From the IMG/VR virus record IMGVR_UViG_3300020433_000002, positions 20,506 to 84,505 of that record: a DNA stretch of 64,000 nt; one strand, written 5' to 3'. This DNA comes from a virus. Below the pieces are notes generated by a model. That model made no database searches. It was not told where the DNA came from and saw only the letters and a list, made by a program, of their open reading frames with translations. Below, in pieces: positions 48,917 through 57,299 of the stretch; positions within the stretch are counted from its first letter, which is position 1, and each line of letters begins with the position of its first letter. The translations under genes were made by a program, and so were the position numbers.

Positions 48917-49166
48917 TTCTTGGGAGTTCACGTAGTTGATCCATTTTTCTTATATGTTCTATTCTCATAATCTCATGGTATAATCGGATTACATCTTTGG
49001 GAGCATCTGCTTTCCATATAAATGGTAGTAACCCATGAACAAGACTCTTAAATGAGATTGCAATTAACCTACGAGAATTACCTATAGAGTGTTTAAGATG
49101 ATACCAGTAAGTCCATCCAGTTTCTACTTCTAAGTGATATTTGGATTCCTTAAAAATATTTCTCAT
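48876..49166 (-). CDS. DUF6356-like small protein
   Basis: HL...G.TYWYHL...SLVHGLLPF; ATG at 49166. Confidence 0.6.
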   Translation of the reverse strand: MRNIFKESKYHLEVETGWTYWYHLKHSIGNSRRLIAISFKSLVHGLLPFIWKADAPKDVIRLYHEIMRIEHIRKMDQLRELPRNERYTGNTPNSTE

Positions 49167-49195
49167 ACTATTAATTATATCATATCTATCTAGTA

Positions 49196-49855
49196 ATGCA
49201 AAACCTACACTGCGATGCCTATACCGATCCTTTTCCACATATAGTTCTTCATGATTTCTATGATGATGAAGAGTTGGAGTTGATATGGGAAGAATTAAAA
49301 TTCTATACAAAACCAGGAAAATTAGTAACTCCTGATAAGTATGGTGGGATAGTAGGTAAGACTGATTCCAAGGCTTTAATGTTAGATGACGTATATCCAG
49401 AAGCATATAGAAATCTATCAAATATATTAGAAGTTAATAGAAAGGTATTTACATCTGGAGTATTGGATGTATTTGCTCAATGCCATGATTGTTGTAGCAT
49501 TGCACCTGAGGTTAATAAGGATAATACTAAGGTACGATATTATCATGATGGTGAAGGATATGAGGCTCATAAAGATAAGTCAGTTCAGTTTCTAGCATTT
49601 AGTTATTTCTATAAAGAACCTAAGAAGTTTACAGGTGGTGAATTGTATTTTCCTGACTATATCGACATGGATGCCTTGACGTGCGAGAATAATATGACTA
49701 TAATATTTCCTGGTTGGGTAAAACATGGAGTAAGGACAGTAACTATTGAAAATTCAGATTATTATGATGGCTTCGGTAGATACGCTATTACGAGTTTTAT
49801 GAGTTGTATAGATAAAGAAAAAAGAAATTTTCAAGGATTAAACAAGAAAGATTAA
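49196..49855 (+). CDS. 2OG-Fe(II) oxygenase
   Basis: Y.AHKD, KKFTGGELYF, IFPGWVKHGV, GRY.IT. Confidence 0.88.
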   Translation: MQNLHCDAYTDPFPHIVLHDFYDDEELELIWEELKFYTKPGKLVTPDKYGGIVGKTDSKALMLDDVYPEAYRNLSNILEVNRKVFTSGVLDVFAQCHDCCSIAPEVNKDNTKVRYYHDGEGYEAHKDKSVQFLAFSYFYKEPKKFTGGELYFPDYIDMDALTCENNMTIIFPGWVKHGVRTVTIENSDYYDGFGRYAITSFMSCIDKEKRNFQGLNKKD

Positions 49856-49857
49856 TT

Positions 49858-50430
49858 ATGCAAGATATACTTATAGGTGATAACTTTTTCTCTCATCCCG
49901 AGCTAATCCGTGAATTAGCACTTAGTTATAATGATTACAGACACTCAGAAGACCCAGAATATGAGTGTGGATGGAAAGGATGGAGAACTCCAGCCCCAAA
50001 GGCAATCAATGAGGGTATATATGATGTAATGACGAAGGCATACAAGATTGATGAGAAGGATTATGTATGTACACCATACTTCCATATTGCCTACGAGGAA
50101 ACTAAGTTAACTTGTGATTTTCCTAATTTTAAATGGCACGTAGATCAGAGTGAGTTTGCAGGGTTGGTATATTTACATCCAGAGCCTCCCAAGAAAACTG
50201 GAACCTGTCTGCTAAATGGTACAGAAAATGAAATAGTCACAGTTGATAATGTATTCAACAGAATCGTTGCATATCCCTCTTACTATTATCATGCACCCGA
50301 AGACTTGTTCGGAACTATGAAGGATAAGGAGAGCGGCCGCATGACTCTCACATTTTTTATATGGGCGAATGATAATCCACATAAACAACACGCAATAAAC
50401 TGGATGAGACTTATGGAGACTGAAAAGTGA
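49858..50430 (+). CDS. DUF6445-like 2OG-Fe(II) oxygenase
   Basis: DNFF..P, W.G.RT, HVD, AGLVYL.P, FNR...YP..YYH, R.TLTFF. Confidence 0.72.
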   Translation: MQDILIGDNFFSHPELIRELALSYNDYRHSEDPEYECGWKGWRTPAPKAINEGIYDVMTKAYKIDEKDYVCTPYFHIAYEETKLTCDFPNFKWHVDQSEFAGLVYLHPEPPKKTGTCLLNGTENEIVTVDNVFNRIVAYPSYYYHAPEDLFGTMKDKESGRMTLTFFIWANDNPHKQHAINWMRLMETEK

Positions 50431-50489
50431 GAAAATCATACATACCTTTGTATGGTTTGTACGGGAAGCTCTAACGTCATAACGGGAAA

Positions 50490-50543
50490 CCAGTTACAAA
50501 AGCGTCACATACCCTCGACCAGAGGGTTTTTTTGTGTTATAAT
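50490..50543 (+). promoter_or_regulatory. Dyad-hairpin-TATAAT promoter cassette, copy A
   Basis: CCAGTTacaaAAGCGTCACA, hairpin ACCCTC/GAGGGT + T run, TATAAT at 50538. Confidence 0.65.
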
Positions 50544-50565
50544 AAGTGCATATTATGAGAGTTTG

Positions 50566-51753
50566 ATGCAATTACGACCACACCAACAAGATGCCCTCGA
50601 CGCTATGCAACAGCATGAGAAGGGTCAAATCATTGTACCTACAGGTGGCGGTAAGACTATCTGTATGATACATGATGCTATGAGAGAGTTCTCAAAGGAT
50701 CATCAACAGACCATAGTGGTCGTTGCACCTCGTATTCTACTAGCAAATCAGTTGAGTGCAGAGTTCCTAGAGTTCATTACAGATCCCACAGTGGATGTGA
50801 TGCACGTGCATAGTGGAGAGACACATCATTTCAGCACTACTAAGGTAGATGAGATTCGTGAGTTCAACTTCCACAATGCTAACAATGGTAGAAATCAGTT
50901 AATATTCACAACATATCATTCTTTACGTAGAGTGGTTGAAAGCAACATCACGATTGATACAGTCTATTTTGATGAAGCACACAACAGCACACAGAGAAAC
51001 TTCTTCGTGCCTACACAGGAACTCGCAACAAGTATATTCACACGTGCCTATTTCTTTACTGCAACCCCTAAGCACAGTCTCACACCTGCTAGAGCTGGTA
51101 TGAATGACTCTAAGGTATATGGAGAGGTAATCTGCAATGTACCTGCTCCAAAGTTAGTCAGAGAGGGTTACATACTACCACCAAAGGTGGAGATATATCA
51201 GTCTAGAATCTTGAAAAAAGATGAGTTGGTTGCTGATCGTGATTGTGAACAGATGATAGGTGCTATTGATAACCTTAAAAAGAGTAAGGTATTGATATGT
51301 GCGAAATCAACCGCACAGATTATCAATCTACTCTATCACACACCATTCACTCAGCAACTTGCATGGGCGAATTACTCATGGATGACTATAACATCTAAAA
51401 CAGGTGCTATAATAGACGGAGAGAAGGTCGATAGAGAGACTTTCTTTGATACTCTTAATGAGTGGGGAAGAGATCCTGAGAAAAAATTTGTTGTGTTACA
51501 TCATAGCATATTATCTGAAGGTATCAACGTAAATGGTCTTGAAGCGGTCTTGTTTATGAGATCTATGGATTACATAGGTATCTCTCAAACAATAGGTCGT
51601 GTGATCCGTAAGGGCGATGCAGACAAAGTGTTTGGTCTTGTATGCGTACCAGTTTATTCAAATGTAGGTATCTCTACTGCACGTAAGGTACAGAATGTTG
51701 TTGATACAATATTCAACAAAGGAGAGCCTGCTATTTCAACAGTAAGAAAATGA
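50566..51753 (+). CDS. Superfamily 2 DEAH helicase (ResIII-like)
   Basis: LRPHQ, PTGGGKT, DEAH, TATP, LSEGIN, QTIGRVIR; real start probably ATG 50566. Confidence 0.9.
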   Translation: MQLRPHQQDALDAMQQHEKGQIIVPTGGGKTICMIHDAMREFSKDHQQTIVVVAPRILLANQLSAEFLEFITDPTVDVMHVHSGETHHFSTTKVDEIREFNFHNANNGRNQLIFTTYHSLRRVVESNITIDTVYFDEAHNSTQRNFFVPTQELATSIFTRAYFFTATPKHSLTPARAGMNDSKVYGEVICNVPAPKLVREGYILPPKVEIYQSRILKKDELVADRDCEQMIGAIDNLKKSKVLICAKSTAQIINLLYHTPFTQQLAWANYSWMTITSKTGAIIDGEKVDRETFFDTLNEWGRDPEKKFVVLHHSILSEGINVNGLEAVLFMRSMDYIGISQTIGRVIRKGDADKVFGLVCVPVYSNVGISTARKVQNVVDTIFNKGEPAISTVRK

Positions 51754-52199
51754 CTTCATCTATAGTATTAGTTACAGGTGGTTTTGATCCATTACATAGT
51801 GGACATATTGCCTACTTCAAATCAGCAAAAGCAATCGCACCATTGAGTCCACTCGCTGTAGGACTCAATTCTGATCAATGGTTATCGGACAAGAAAGGTA
51901 AACCATTTATGCCTTTGAAGGAGAGAATAGCAATCGTCAGAGAATTAAAGATGGTTGATGTTGTTATTGAGTATGATGATAGCGACAAGACAAGTAATTG
52001 TGCGATAGAGCAACTATTAGAAATATATGATAAGGTTGTCTTTGCAAATGGTGGAGACAGGCACAATGAAAATGTACCAGAGTATGAGAAGTTCAAGAAC
52101 AATGATAATGTGATCTTCCGATGGGCTGTTGGTGGTCTGCACAAGATGAACAGTAGTTCATGGATACTCAGGGAGTGGGATGAGAAAGATGACAAGTGA
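51750..52199 (+). CDS. Cytidylyl/nucleotidyltransferase (HIGH family)
   Basis: TGGFDPLHSGH, GLNSD, FANGGDR, SSS. Confidence 0.88.
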   Translation: MTSSIVLVTGGFDPLHSGHIAYFKSAKAIAPLSPLAVGLNSDQWLSDKKGKPFMPLKERIAIVRELKMVDVVIEYDDSDKTSNCAIEQLLEIYDKVVFANGGDRHNENVPEYEKFKNNDNVIFRWAVGGLHKMNSSSWILREWDEKDDK

Positions 52200-52287
52200 A
52201 TTATTATTAAAAATATACATGAAAGCAAGGAGACAACCACTTGCTAAACCAGTAAGAACACATTATAATGTGGCTACATATGGATAA
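52189..52287 (+). CDS. Small hypothetical peptide (32 aa)
   Basis: MTSELLLKIYM...NVATYG fills the gap; not in track. Confidence 0.4.
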   Translation: MTSELLLKIYMKARRQPLAKPVRTHYNVATYG

Positions 52288-52292
52288 ACATT

Positions 52293-52439
52293 ATGAACGA
52301 CCTTGATTTTTCTCGCATTGCTAATGCTCTTGAAAGAATTGCAAATGCTTTAGAACATATCAACATTGAGAATATAGAGCATAATCATGTTGAGACTGAT
52401 GTACCAGTAGAAGTAAATACTCATGCTAAAACTTGGTAA
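52293..52439 (+). CDS. Small protein with RIANALE heptad repeat (48 aa)
   Basis: MNDLDFSRIANALERIANALEH...; TAATG overlap with the next gene. Confidence 0.6.
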   Translation: MNDLDFSRIANALERIANALEHINIENIEHNHVETDVPVEVNTHAKTW

Positions 52440-52939
52440 TGAATATTTTTGTAACCGACCCTGATCCCATATTATCTGCACAGGTGCTACCTGATAAGCA
52501 TATCGTCAAGATGCCTTTAGAAACTTGTCAAATGCTTTCTATTGTTGCATCTAAAGAGTGGGGTCATGACTTTGGTAAGTTACCAAAGAAAGGTGGTGGT
52601 TTCTACAAAACAGAGAAAGGTGCATTTCGTAATCATCCCTGTACTATATGGGCTCAGACCTATTACAGTTGGTTGATTACACATGGTCTTGCTCTATGTT
52701 CAGAGTACACATACAGATATGAAAAGATTCATACTTGTGAATATACTATACAATATGCTGATGACTTATTCCCTGAGAGTCCACCACCCACAGAATTTGT
52801 ACGTGCCATGTTTGATGAGTTTAAGTATGATGAGTCTATTGATACTATTACTGCCTATAAAAGATATATCAATGCTAAGCCATGGGTTAAGGACAACTAT
52901 CTTAGAAAACCTGAGAGAAAACCTGATTGGATAACATGA
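52439..52939 (+). CDS. Pyrimidine-dimer DNA glycosylase family (DenV-like)
   Basis: MNIF, DKHIVKMPLE.CQML, NHPC.IW, LC.EY..RY.K.H. Confidence 0.78.
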   Translation: MNIFVTDPDPILSAQVLPDKHIVKMPLETCQMLSIVASKEWGHDFGKLPKKGGGFYKTEKGAFRNHPCTIWAQTYYSWLITHGLALCSEYTYRYEKIHTCEYTIQYADDLFPESPPPTEFVRAMFDEFKYDESIDTITAYKRYINAKPWVKDNYLRKPERKPDWIT

Positions 52940-53781
52940 GAGATTTAATATTGTTTGGAGACTGTAGAGATACACTCACACAATTTGATGAGAAGGCAAG
53001 ATGTTGTGTTACATCCCCACCTTACTATGGACTCAGGAACTATGGTGATGAGGAGAATCAGATCGGACATGAACAAACACCAGAGGAATATGTTGATGAA
53101 ATGGTCAAGGTATTCAGATTGGTTCGAGAGTGTCTAACTGATGATGGTACTGTATGGTTAAACATAGGGGATAGTTATTATAACTATAGACCTGGTAAAG
53201 GTCAAGCACTTTCTAAACAAACACTAGCAAAGAATGATCAAGACCTACCTAGTAAATGTGCAAGGAGAGGTAATAAACTAGATGGATTGAAAGAGAAGGA
53301 TATGATTGGTATTCCTTGGCTTCTTGCGTTTGCCCTGAGGGCTGATGGTTGGTACTTAAGACAAGATATTATCTGGAATAAACCTAATCCAATGCCAGAA
53401 AGTGTGAGAGATAGATGTACTAAATCACATGAATACATATTCTTATTAAGTAAGAATCAGAACTATTACTTTGATGTAGATGCTATCAAAGAACCTACAA
53501 GAAGGAAGAGATCAGTATGGGATATAACTAAGAAACCATACAAAGATGCCCATTTTGCTGTATTTCCACCTGATTTGATTGAACCCTGTATCAAGGCTGG
53601 TAGTGAGAGAGGAGATATAATACTAGATCCATTTATGGGATCAGGAACTACTGCTATGGTATCCAAAGAGTTAGGAAGAGATTACATAGGTTGCGAATTA
53701 CATGAAGAGTATGGTAAACTAATACAAGATAGACTACAACCATACCATAATCCCTTAGAGAAGTTTTATGAAAAAAGTTGA
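52936..53781 (+). CDS. DNA methyltransferase, beta class (SPPY, probably N4-cytosine)
   Basis: TSPPYY precedes HFAVFP and LDPFMGSGTT. Confidence 0.9.
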   Translation: MRDLILFGDCRDTLTQFDEKARCCVTSPPYYGLRNYGDEENQIGHEQTPEEYVDEMVKVFRLVRECLTDDGTVWLNIGDSYYNYRPGKGQALSKQTLAKNDQDLPSKCARRGNKLDGLKEKDMIGIPWLLAFALRADGWYLRQDIIWNKPNPMPESVRDRCTKSHEYIFLLSKNQNYYFDVDAIKEPTRRKRSVWDITKKPYKDAHFAVFPPDLIEPCIKAGSERGDIILDPFMGSGTTAMVSKELGRDYIGCELHEEYGKLIQDRLQPYHNPLEKFYEKS

Positions 53782-54250
53782 GAGACATAAGTATGATGGC
53801 GATACAATCATAGCCACTAGAACACTTGAGTTCGACCCATATCCTTATGAGTACATACAGGATGTAATGAAAAAGATTGAGTGTTACCTTACACCTGAGT
53901 TATTATCACACAAGAAATTGAAATATCCAGAGGATGTTATCAAATACAGATTTTATGGACATTGTTATCATTCATCACAGGCACTATTCTTCATGATGGA
54001 CACAGATAAGTTGAAACCTTATAGTGGAGTTGATTGGAGAGAAGAAAAGCATTGGTGGTTACAGGATGGAGATACAATATATGATGTAACTGTTGACCAG
54101 TATAAGTGTAGAAACAAAGTACCACCCTATGATGTTGGTAAAGAGAGTAAATGGTACGGATGGAAACAACGACCACAACAACTAACACTCGATCTCATGA
54201 CCAAAGTATTAGGTAAGAGATTGGCTCTTGACGATACTGTTAAACTATGA
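53768..54250 (+). CDS. Hypothetical protein
   Basis: GHCY..S and HWWL....IYD.T..Q suggest a Cys-His-Asp triad. Confidence 0.6.
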   Translation: MKKVERHKYDGDTIIATRTLEFDPYPYEYIQDVMKKIECYLTPELLSHKKLKYPEDVIKYRFYGHCYHSSQALFFMMDTDKLKPYSGVDWREEKHWWLQDGDTIYDVTVDQYKCRNKVPPYDVGKESKWYGWKQRPQQLTLDLMTKVLGKRLALDDTVKL

Positions 54251-55221
54251 TATCCTATGGAGGTACAAAAGAATCGTATATGAAACCTATTGATATGACG
54301 AAAGGAAACCATAGAGTTCCCTTTGATGTATTAGGGTTCGATCCATTTTCTCAGGAACCATCTTCATTCCTTATGGAGATCACACCTGATATGGCTGCGT
54401 ACATTCTAAAACACCATAACAACGATAACAGAAAACTTATTAAATCACAAGTTAATAAGATCGTATCGAGCATAATCAAGGATGATTGGATCTTTGATGG
54501 TCAACCAATTACTTTCAATGTTGAGGGTAACTTGACCGAAGGACAACACAGACTTCATGCTATTGTTATTACAGGAGTAACTGCTAAATGCAATATTGCT
54601 CTTGGTGTAGTCACAGGTGCATTTACAAAATGTACCCCAGCTAAACCACGTAAAGCAGAAGATGAAATTCAGAGGAAGGACAAAACTGCTACTGCGAGTG
54701 AAACAAGTACCTTGCGTCAAGTCCTAATACGTAGGAGAGGTGATAAACTAACAATCCAAAATGCTATCGAAAAATGGGTATTTTGGAAACCATTTGTTAG
54801 AACTGGTAGAAAGTCAATAGATACTTTCTTTGACGAAGTTGAGAAATTCAATGCTTGGGAAAGAACATTTGGTGCGTGGGCCACACTCATGGCCACTCTC
54901 AAAAAGGAGGAGGTTGTATCTAACTTCCTATCCTTACTAGAATCAGAGATCAAGGATGATACTTCACCTTGCTGTTTGACTAGAGAATTTATACAATTCT
55001 TTGAGAAAGAGTCTGTTTACATGAGTAATGCAGGGAGAACTGAATTAGTTTACCAGTTACTATGTGTGGCGAGTGATAGAATGATGAAGGAGCCATCTGG
55101 AAACATACAATTAAATGTTTCTATGGATAAGATGAACCACGATATGTTAAGTAAGAGAGGAACCTATCGCAAGTTCCTTGATAATCCTGATAATATAATA
55201 CTAGCAGGGAAGCTTCCATAA
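54247..55221 (+). CDS. ParB/DGQHR-like domain protein
   Basis: NR.L, W.FDGQPI.F, L.EGQHRL.A. Confidence 0.65.
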   Translation: MISYGGTKESYMKPIDMTKGNHRVPFDVLGFDPFSQEPSSFLMEITPDMAAYILKHHNNDNRKLIKSQVNKIVSSIIKDDWIFDGQPITFNVEGNLTEGQHRLHAIVITGVTAKCNIALGVVTGAFTKCTPAKPRKAEDEIQRKDKTATASETSTLRQVLIRRRGDKLTIQNAIEKWVFWKPFVRTGRKSIDTFFDEVEKFNAWERTFGAWATLMATLKKEEVVSNFLSLLESEIKDDTSPCCLTREFIQFFEKESVYMSNAGRTELVYQLLCVASDRMMKEPSGNIQLNVSMDKMNHDMLSKRGTYRKFLDNPDNIILAGKLP

Positions 55222-55265
55222 CTGGCACACTAGGGGTTGTAACGACCCCTTTTTTATTATATACT
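55221..55265 (+). promoter_or_regulatory. Promoter cassette copy B with terminator-like hairpin
   Basis: ACTGGCACA, GGGGT/ACCCC + T run, TATACT at 55260. Confidence 0.6.
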
Positions 55266-55290
55266 ATAAGAGTAATTAAAGGAGCATTAA

Positions 55291-55431
55291 ATGAGGTGTG
55301 AAGTTAAACTATACGTTGCAGGTAAGGTATTTACTGAAGACGTTCATGCTGTTGACTATGCTGAAGCAAGGCAAGTTGCATTAGCAAGAAATCCTAACGC
55401 AAGAGTAATTGGTGTAAATGCGAAGTTCTAA
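55291..55431 (+). CDS. Small cyanophage protein (46 aa)
   Basis: GGAG RBS; MRCEVKLYVAGKVF.E.V.A.DY.EAR..ALARNP.A; not in track. Confidence 0.7.
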   Translation: MRCEVKLYVAGKVFTEDVHAVDYAEARQVALARNPNARVIGVNAKF

Positions 55432-55618
55432 CTATCAAACCTTTTATAAGGATGCGATAAAGAATAAGCAAGGATATGTAACTAAAGACGGGATGTGGGC
55501 AGCTATCCCGTCTAATGGTAAGAAGTTTGCTATTGTTCACAATGGAGAAGTAGTACACTTCTCAAGGAACTACGATAGTGCAATCAACTACATAAAGAGA
55601 GAATTAAAAAGGAAATGA
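55418..55618 (+). CDS. Hypothetical protein
   Basis: GYVTKDGMWAAIP. Confidence 0.6.
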   Translation: MRSSNYQTFYKDAIKNKQGYVTKDGMWAAIPSNGKKFAIVHNGEVVHFSRNYDSAINYIKRELKRK

Positions 55619-55806
55619 AAGATCAAAGATCAGTAGATAAAAAAGAGTCACCCGACGTAAAATATCAGAGAGCATTAGATCTTTTTACAGAGTCAGTTAT
55701 GAAGCCTGATACTGATTTGCGTGGTTGTGCACATAATCAAGGTTGTTATGATCAGTTGATGGAGATACGAGAGAAAGTTCTTATATATCTTCAAAATCAA
55801 CGATAA
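55615..55806 (+). CDS. Hypothetical protein
   Basis: LF.ESV.KPD..LR.CAHNQ.CY..LM. Confidence 0.65.
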   Translation: MKDQRSVDKKESPDVKYQRALDLFTESVMKPDTDLRGCAHNQGCYDQLMEIREKVLIYLQNQR

Positions 55807-55839
55807 GTATTTGTGCGTAGGCATAAATTTTTGTAAAAA

Positions 55840-55876
55840 TGTATCATGAAATACAGACATAATTTGTCTATATAAT
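55840..55876 (+). promoter_or_regulatory. NtcA site TGTA-N8-TACA at the -35 position of a TATAAT promoter
   Basis: TGTATCATGAAATACA at 55840-55855; TATAAT at 55871. Confidence 0.62.
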
Positions 55877-55950
55877 AATGAAGAGTTAGGGTAAAGAAGA
55901 TGCACTAAACTTCTTTGTTATGACTATTCATTTACTGAGGTTCAATCATC

Positions 55951-56100
55951 ATGCACAACTTAATTTCCTTTAATCAGTTAGGTGGAGACTACGAAGATCC
56001 CCATAACGATTTAATCAAAGAATACTACGAGTGTCTGATTGAATGTGATCAAGAACATCATGTATGTAAACGTATTTGTAAGGAGGTTTTAATTAACTAA
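55951..56100 (+). CDS. Small Cys4 peptide (49 aa, not in track)
   Basis: MHNLISFNQL...YYECLIECDQEHHVCKRICKEVLIN; GAGG RBS. Confidence 0.72.
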   Translation: MHNLISFNQLGGDYEDPHNDLIKEYYECLIECDQEHHVCKRICKEVLIN

Positions 56101-56181
56101 CACGTAAACATTACATAGGTTAAAGGCAAAATGGAAAAGTATTTACATCCACCTTAAAGCAAACATTCATTCACTCAACCC

Positions 56182-56222
56182 TTGACTTCTGAAGTCAGGG
56201 GTTTTATAATAGCATATAAATA
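56182..56222 (+). promoter_or_regulatory. Sigma70 promoter inside a hairpin, followed by a late promoter
   Basis: TTGACT-N17-TATAAT within AACCCTTGACTTC/GAAGTCAGGGGTT; TATAAATA at 56215. Confidence 0.65.
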
Positions 56223-56250
56223 GGCTTTCATGCAATTCGCCTATGGTACA

Positions 56251-56400
56251 ATGAATGATAAACAAGCCGCAAAAAGACTCATTAAAATAGCAAAAAAACA
56301 TCCTAAATTGTATAATAAAAGGGATGTATGGTATGCTAAAATGATTAAAAAACTAATAAAGAAAAATGACTCAGGACTCACTAAAGATAAACCAGAATAA
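56251..56400 (+). CDS. Small basic protein (49 aa)
   Basis: MNDKQAAKRLIK.AKKHP..Y...DV.YAK; not in track. Confidence 0.55.
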   Translation: MNDKQAAKRLIKIAKKHPKLYNKRDVWYAKMIKKLIKKNDSGLTKDKPE

Positions 56401-56524
56401 GGATGGTTCATTTGCTGTTGAGTGGGATAAAAACGATCCTAACTGGAAATTTATGAACAACTTGACTTCTAAGGAAATTCAAGATATTATACAAAAAGCA
56501 ATGAAAGAAGATGGCCTTATCTGA
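56366..56524 (+). CDS. Small hypothetical protein (52 aa)
   Basis: DSLKI.QN.DGSF..EWD..DP.W; not in track. Confidence 0.6.
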   Translation: MTQDSLKINQNKDGSFAVEWDKNDPNWKFMNNLTSKEIQDIIQKAMKEDGLI

Positions 56525-56732
56525 TACAGTAAAATCATCCTTAAAGGATGCACAAGATGATTTAAGAGAAGCACTTGCCTGTGCAGCTAGAACTGAAAAA
56601 CCATTTGTGAGTAAGCACATAGCAGCCTTACTTGCTGATATAGAAAACCTTATGGATGCTAGTGACGTGATTGATAGCATCGAGAGTCGAAAACTTGGAG
56701 ATAGTGGATTCTTTGGTACATTTCATGATTAA
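56511..56732 (+). CDS. Hypothetical protein
   Basis: MALS..V..SL..A...LR.ALA.AAR.E.P. Confidence 0.65.
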   Translation: MALSDTVKSSLKDAQDDLREALACAARTEKPFVSKHIAALLADIENLMDASDVIDSIESRKLGDSGFFGTFHD

Positions 56733-56808
56733 ATTATAAAGACAATCTTAAAATTATAAATCATTTATATAACCTATGTTATAATACCAACACATACACC
56801 GAGAAAAA

Positions 56809-57024
56809 ATGATCAATTTAGACGAAAGATACCACGATTACCTTATAAATGGTAAATTAGTAAGGGTTGATGGGATCAGCGAAAAATTGATCGGATATGG
56901 TTGGCATTGTGATGGAAACGAAATAAAAGGGTACTATCTTACTACAGAAAATCATAAATTATATTATAATATGGATCAAGTCTTTCAGTATAGGACACCA
57001 CTCAAGGAGAAATTAAATGTCTAA
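56809..57024 (+). CDS. Hypothetical protein
   Basis: TATAAT upstream; coupled to the CP12 gene. Confidence 0.6.
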   Translation: MINLDERYHDYLINGKLVRVDGISEKLIGYGWHCDGNEIKGYYLTTENHKLYYNMDQVFQYRTPLKEKLNV

Positions 57025-57283
57025 AATCAAACACGATTTAAGTCACGAATCTTACATTGACCCAGAGGACAACAAAGAGCATATTAATCATGGTATGTTA
57101 GAATATTCAGTAGAGGAACTAGAAAATGTTCATGCCGATTACGAAGACTATCACAAAAATGATGTCGTTGATCCTAATGATGGTAAGATTAATGACTGGC
57201 ACACAAGACATGAGGATAAGCATTTAGAAATATATTGCGACAACCATCCTGACGCATTTGAATGTAGAGTATATGACGATTGA
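57017..57283 (+). CDS. cp12: CP12-domain protein (Calvin cycle inhibitor-like)
   Basis: C-terminal LEIYCDNHPDAFECRVYDD matches the CP12 C-terminal C-x8-C-R-x-Y-D-D motif. Confidence 0.85.
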   Translation: MSKIKHDLSHESYIDPEDNKEHINHGMLEYSVEELENVHADYEDYHKNDVVDPNDGKINDWHTRHEDKHLEIYCDNHPDAFECRVYDD

Positions 57284-57299
57284 TTGATATGATTTTGTT

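Noticed and set aside
49167-49421. N-terminal extension of minus-strand ORF 48876-49421
   Set aside because: Antisense to the 2OG oxygenase; ATG 49166 is the more plausible start.
50452-50565. N-terminal extension of the helicase in the ORF track
   Set aside because: Overlaps the hairpin and promoter cassette; helicase motifs begin at ATG 50566.
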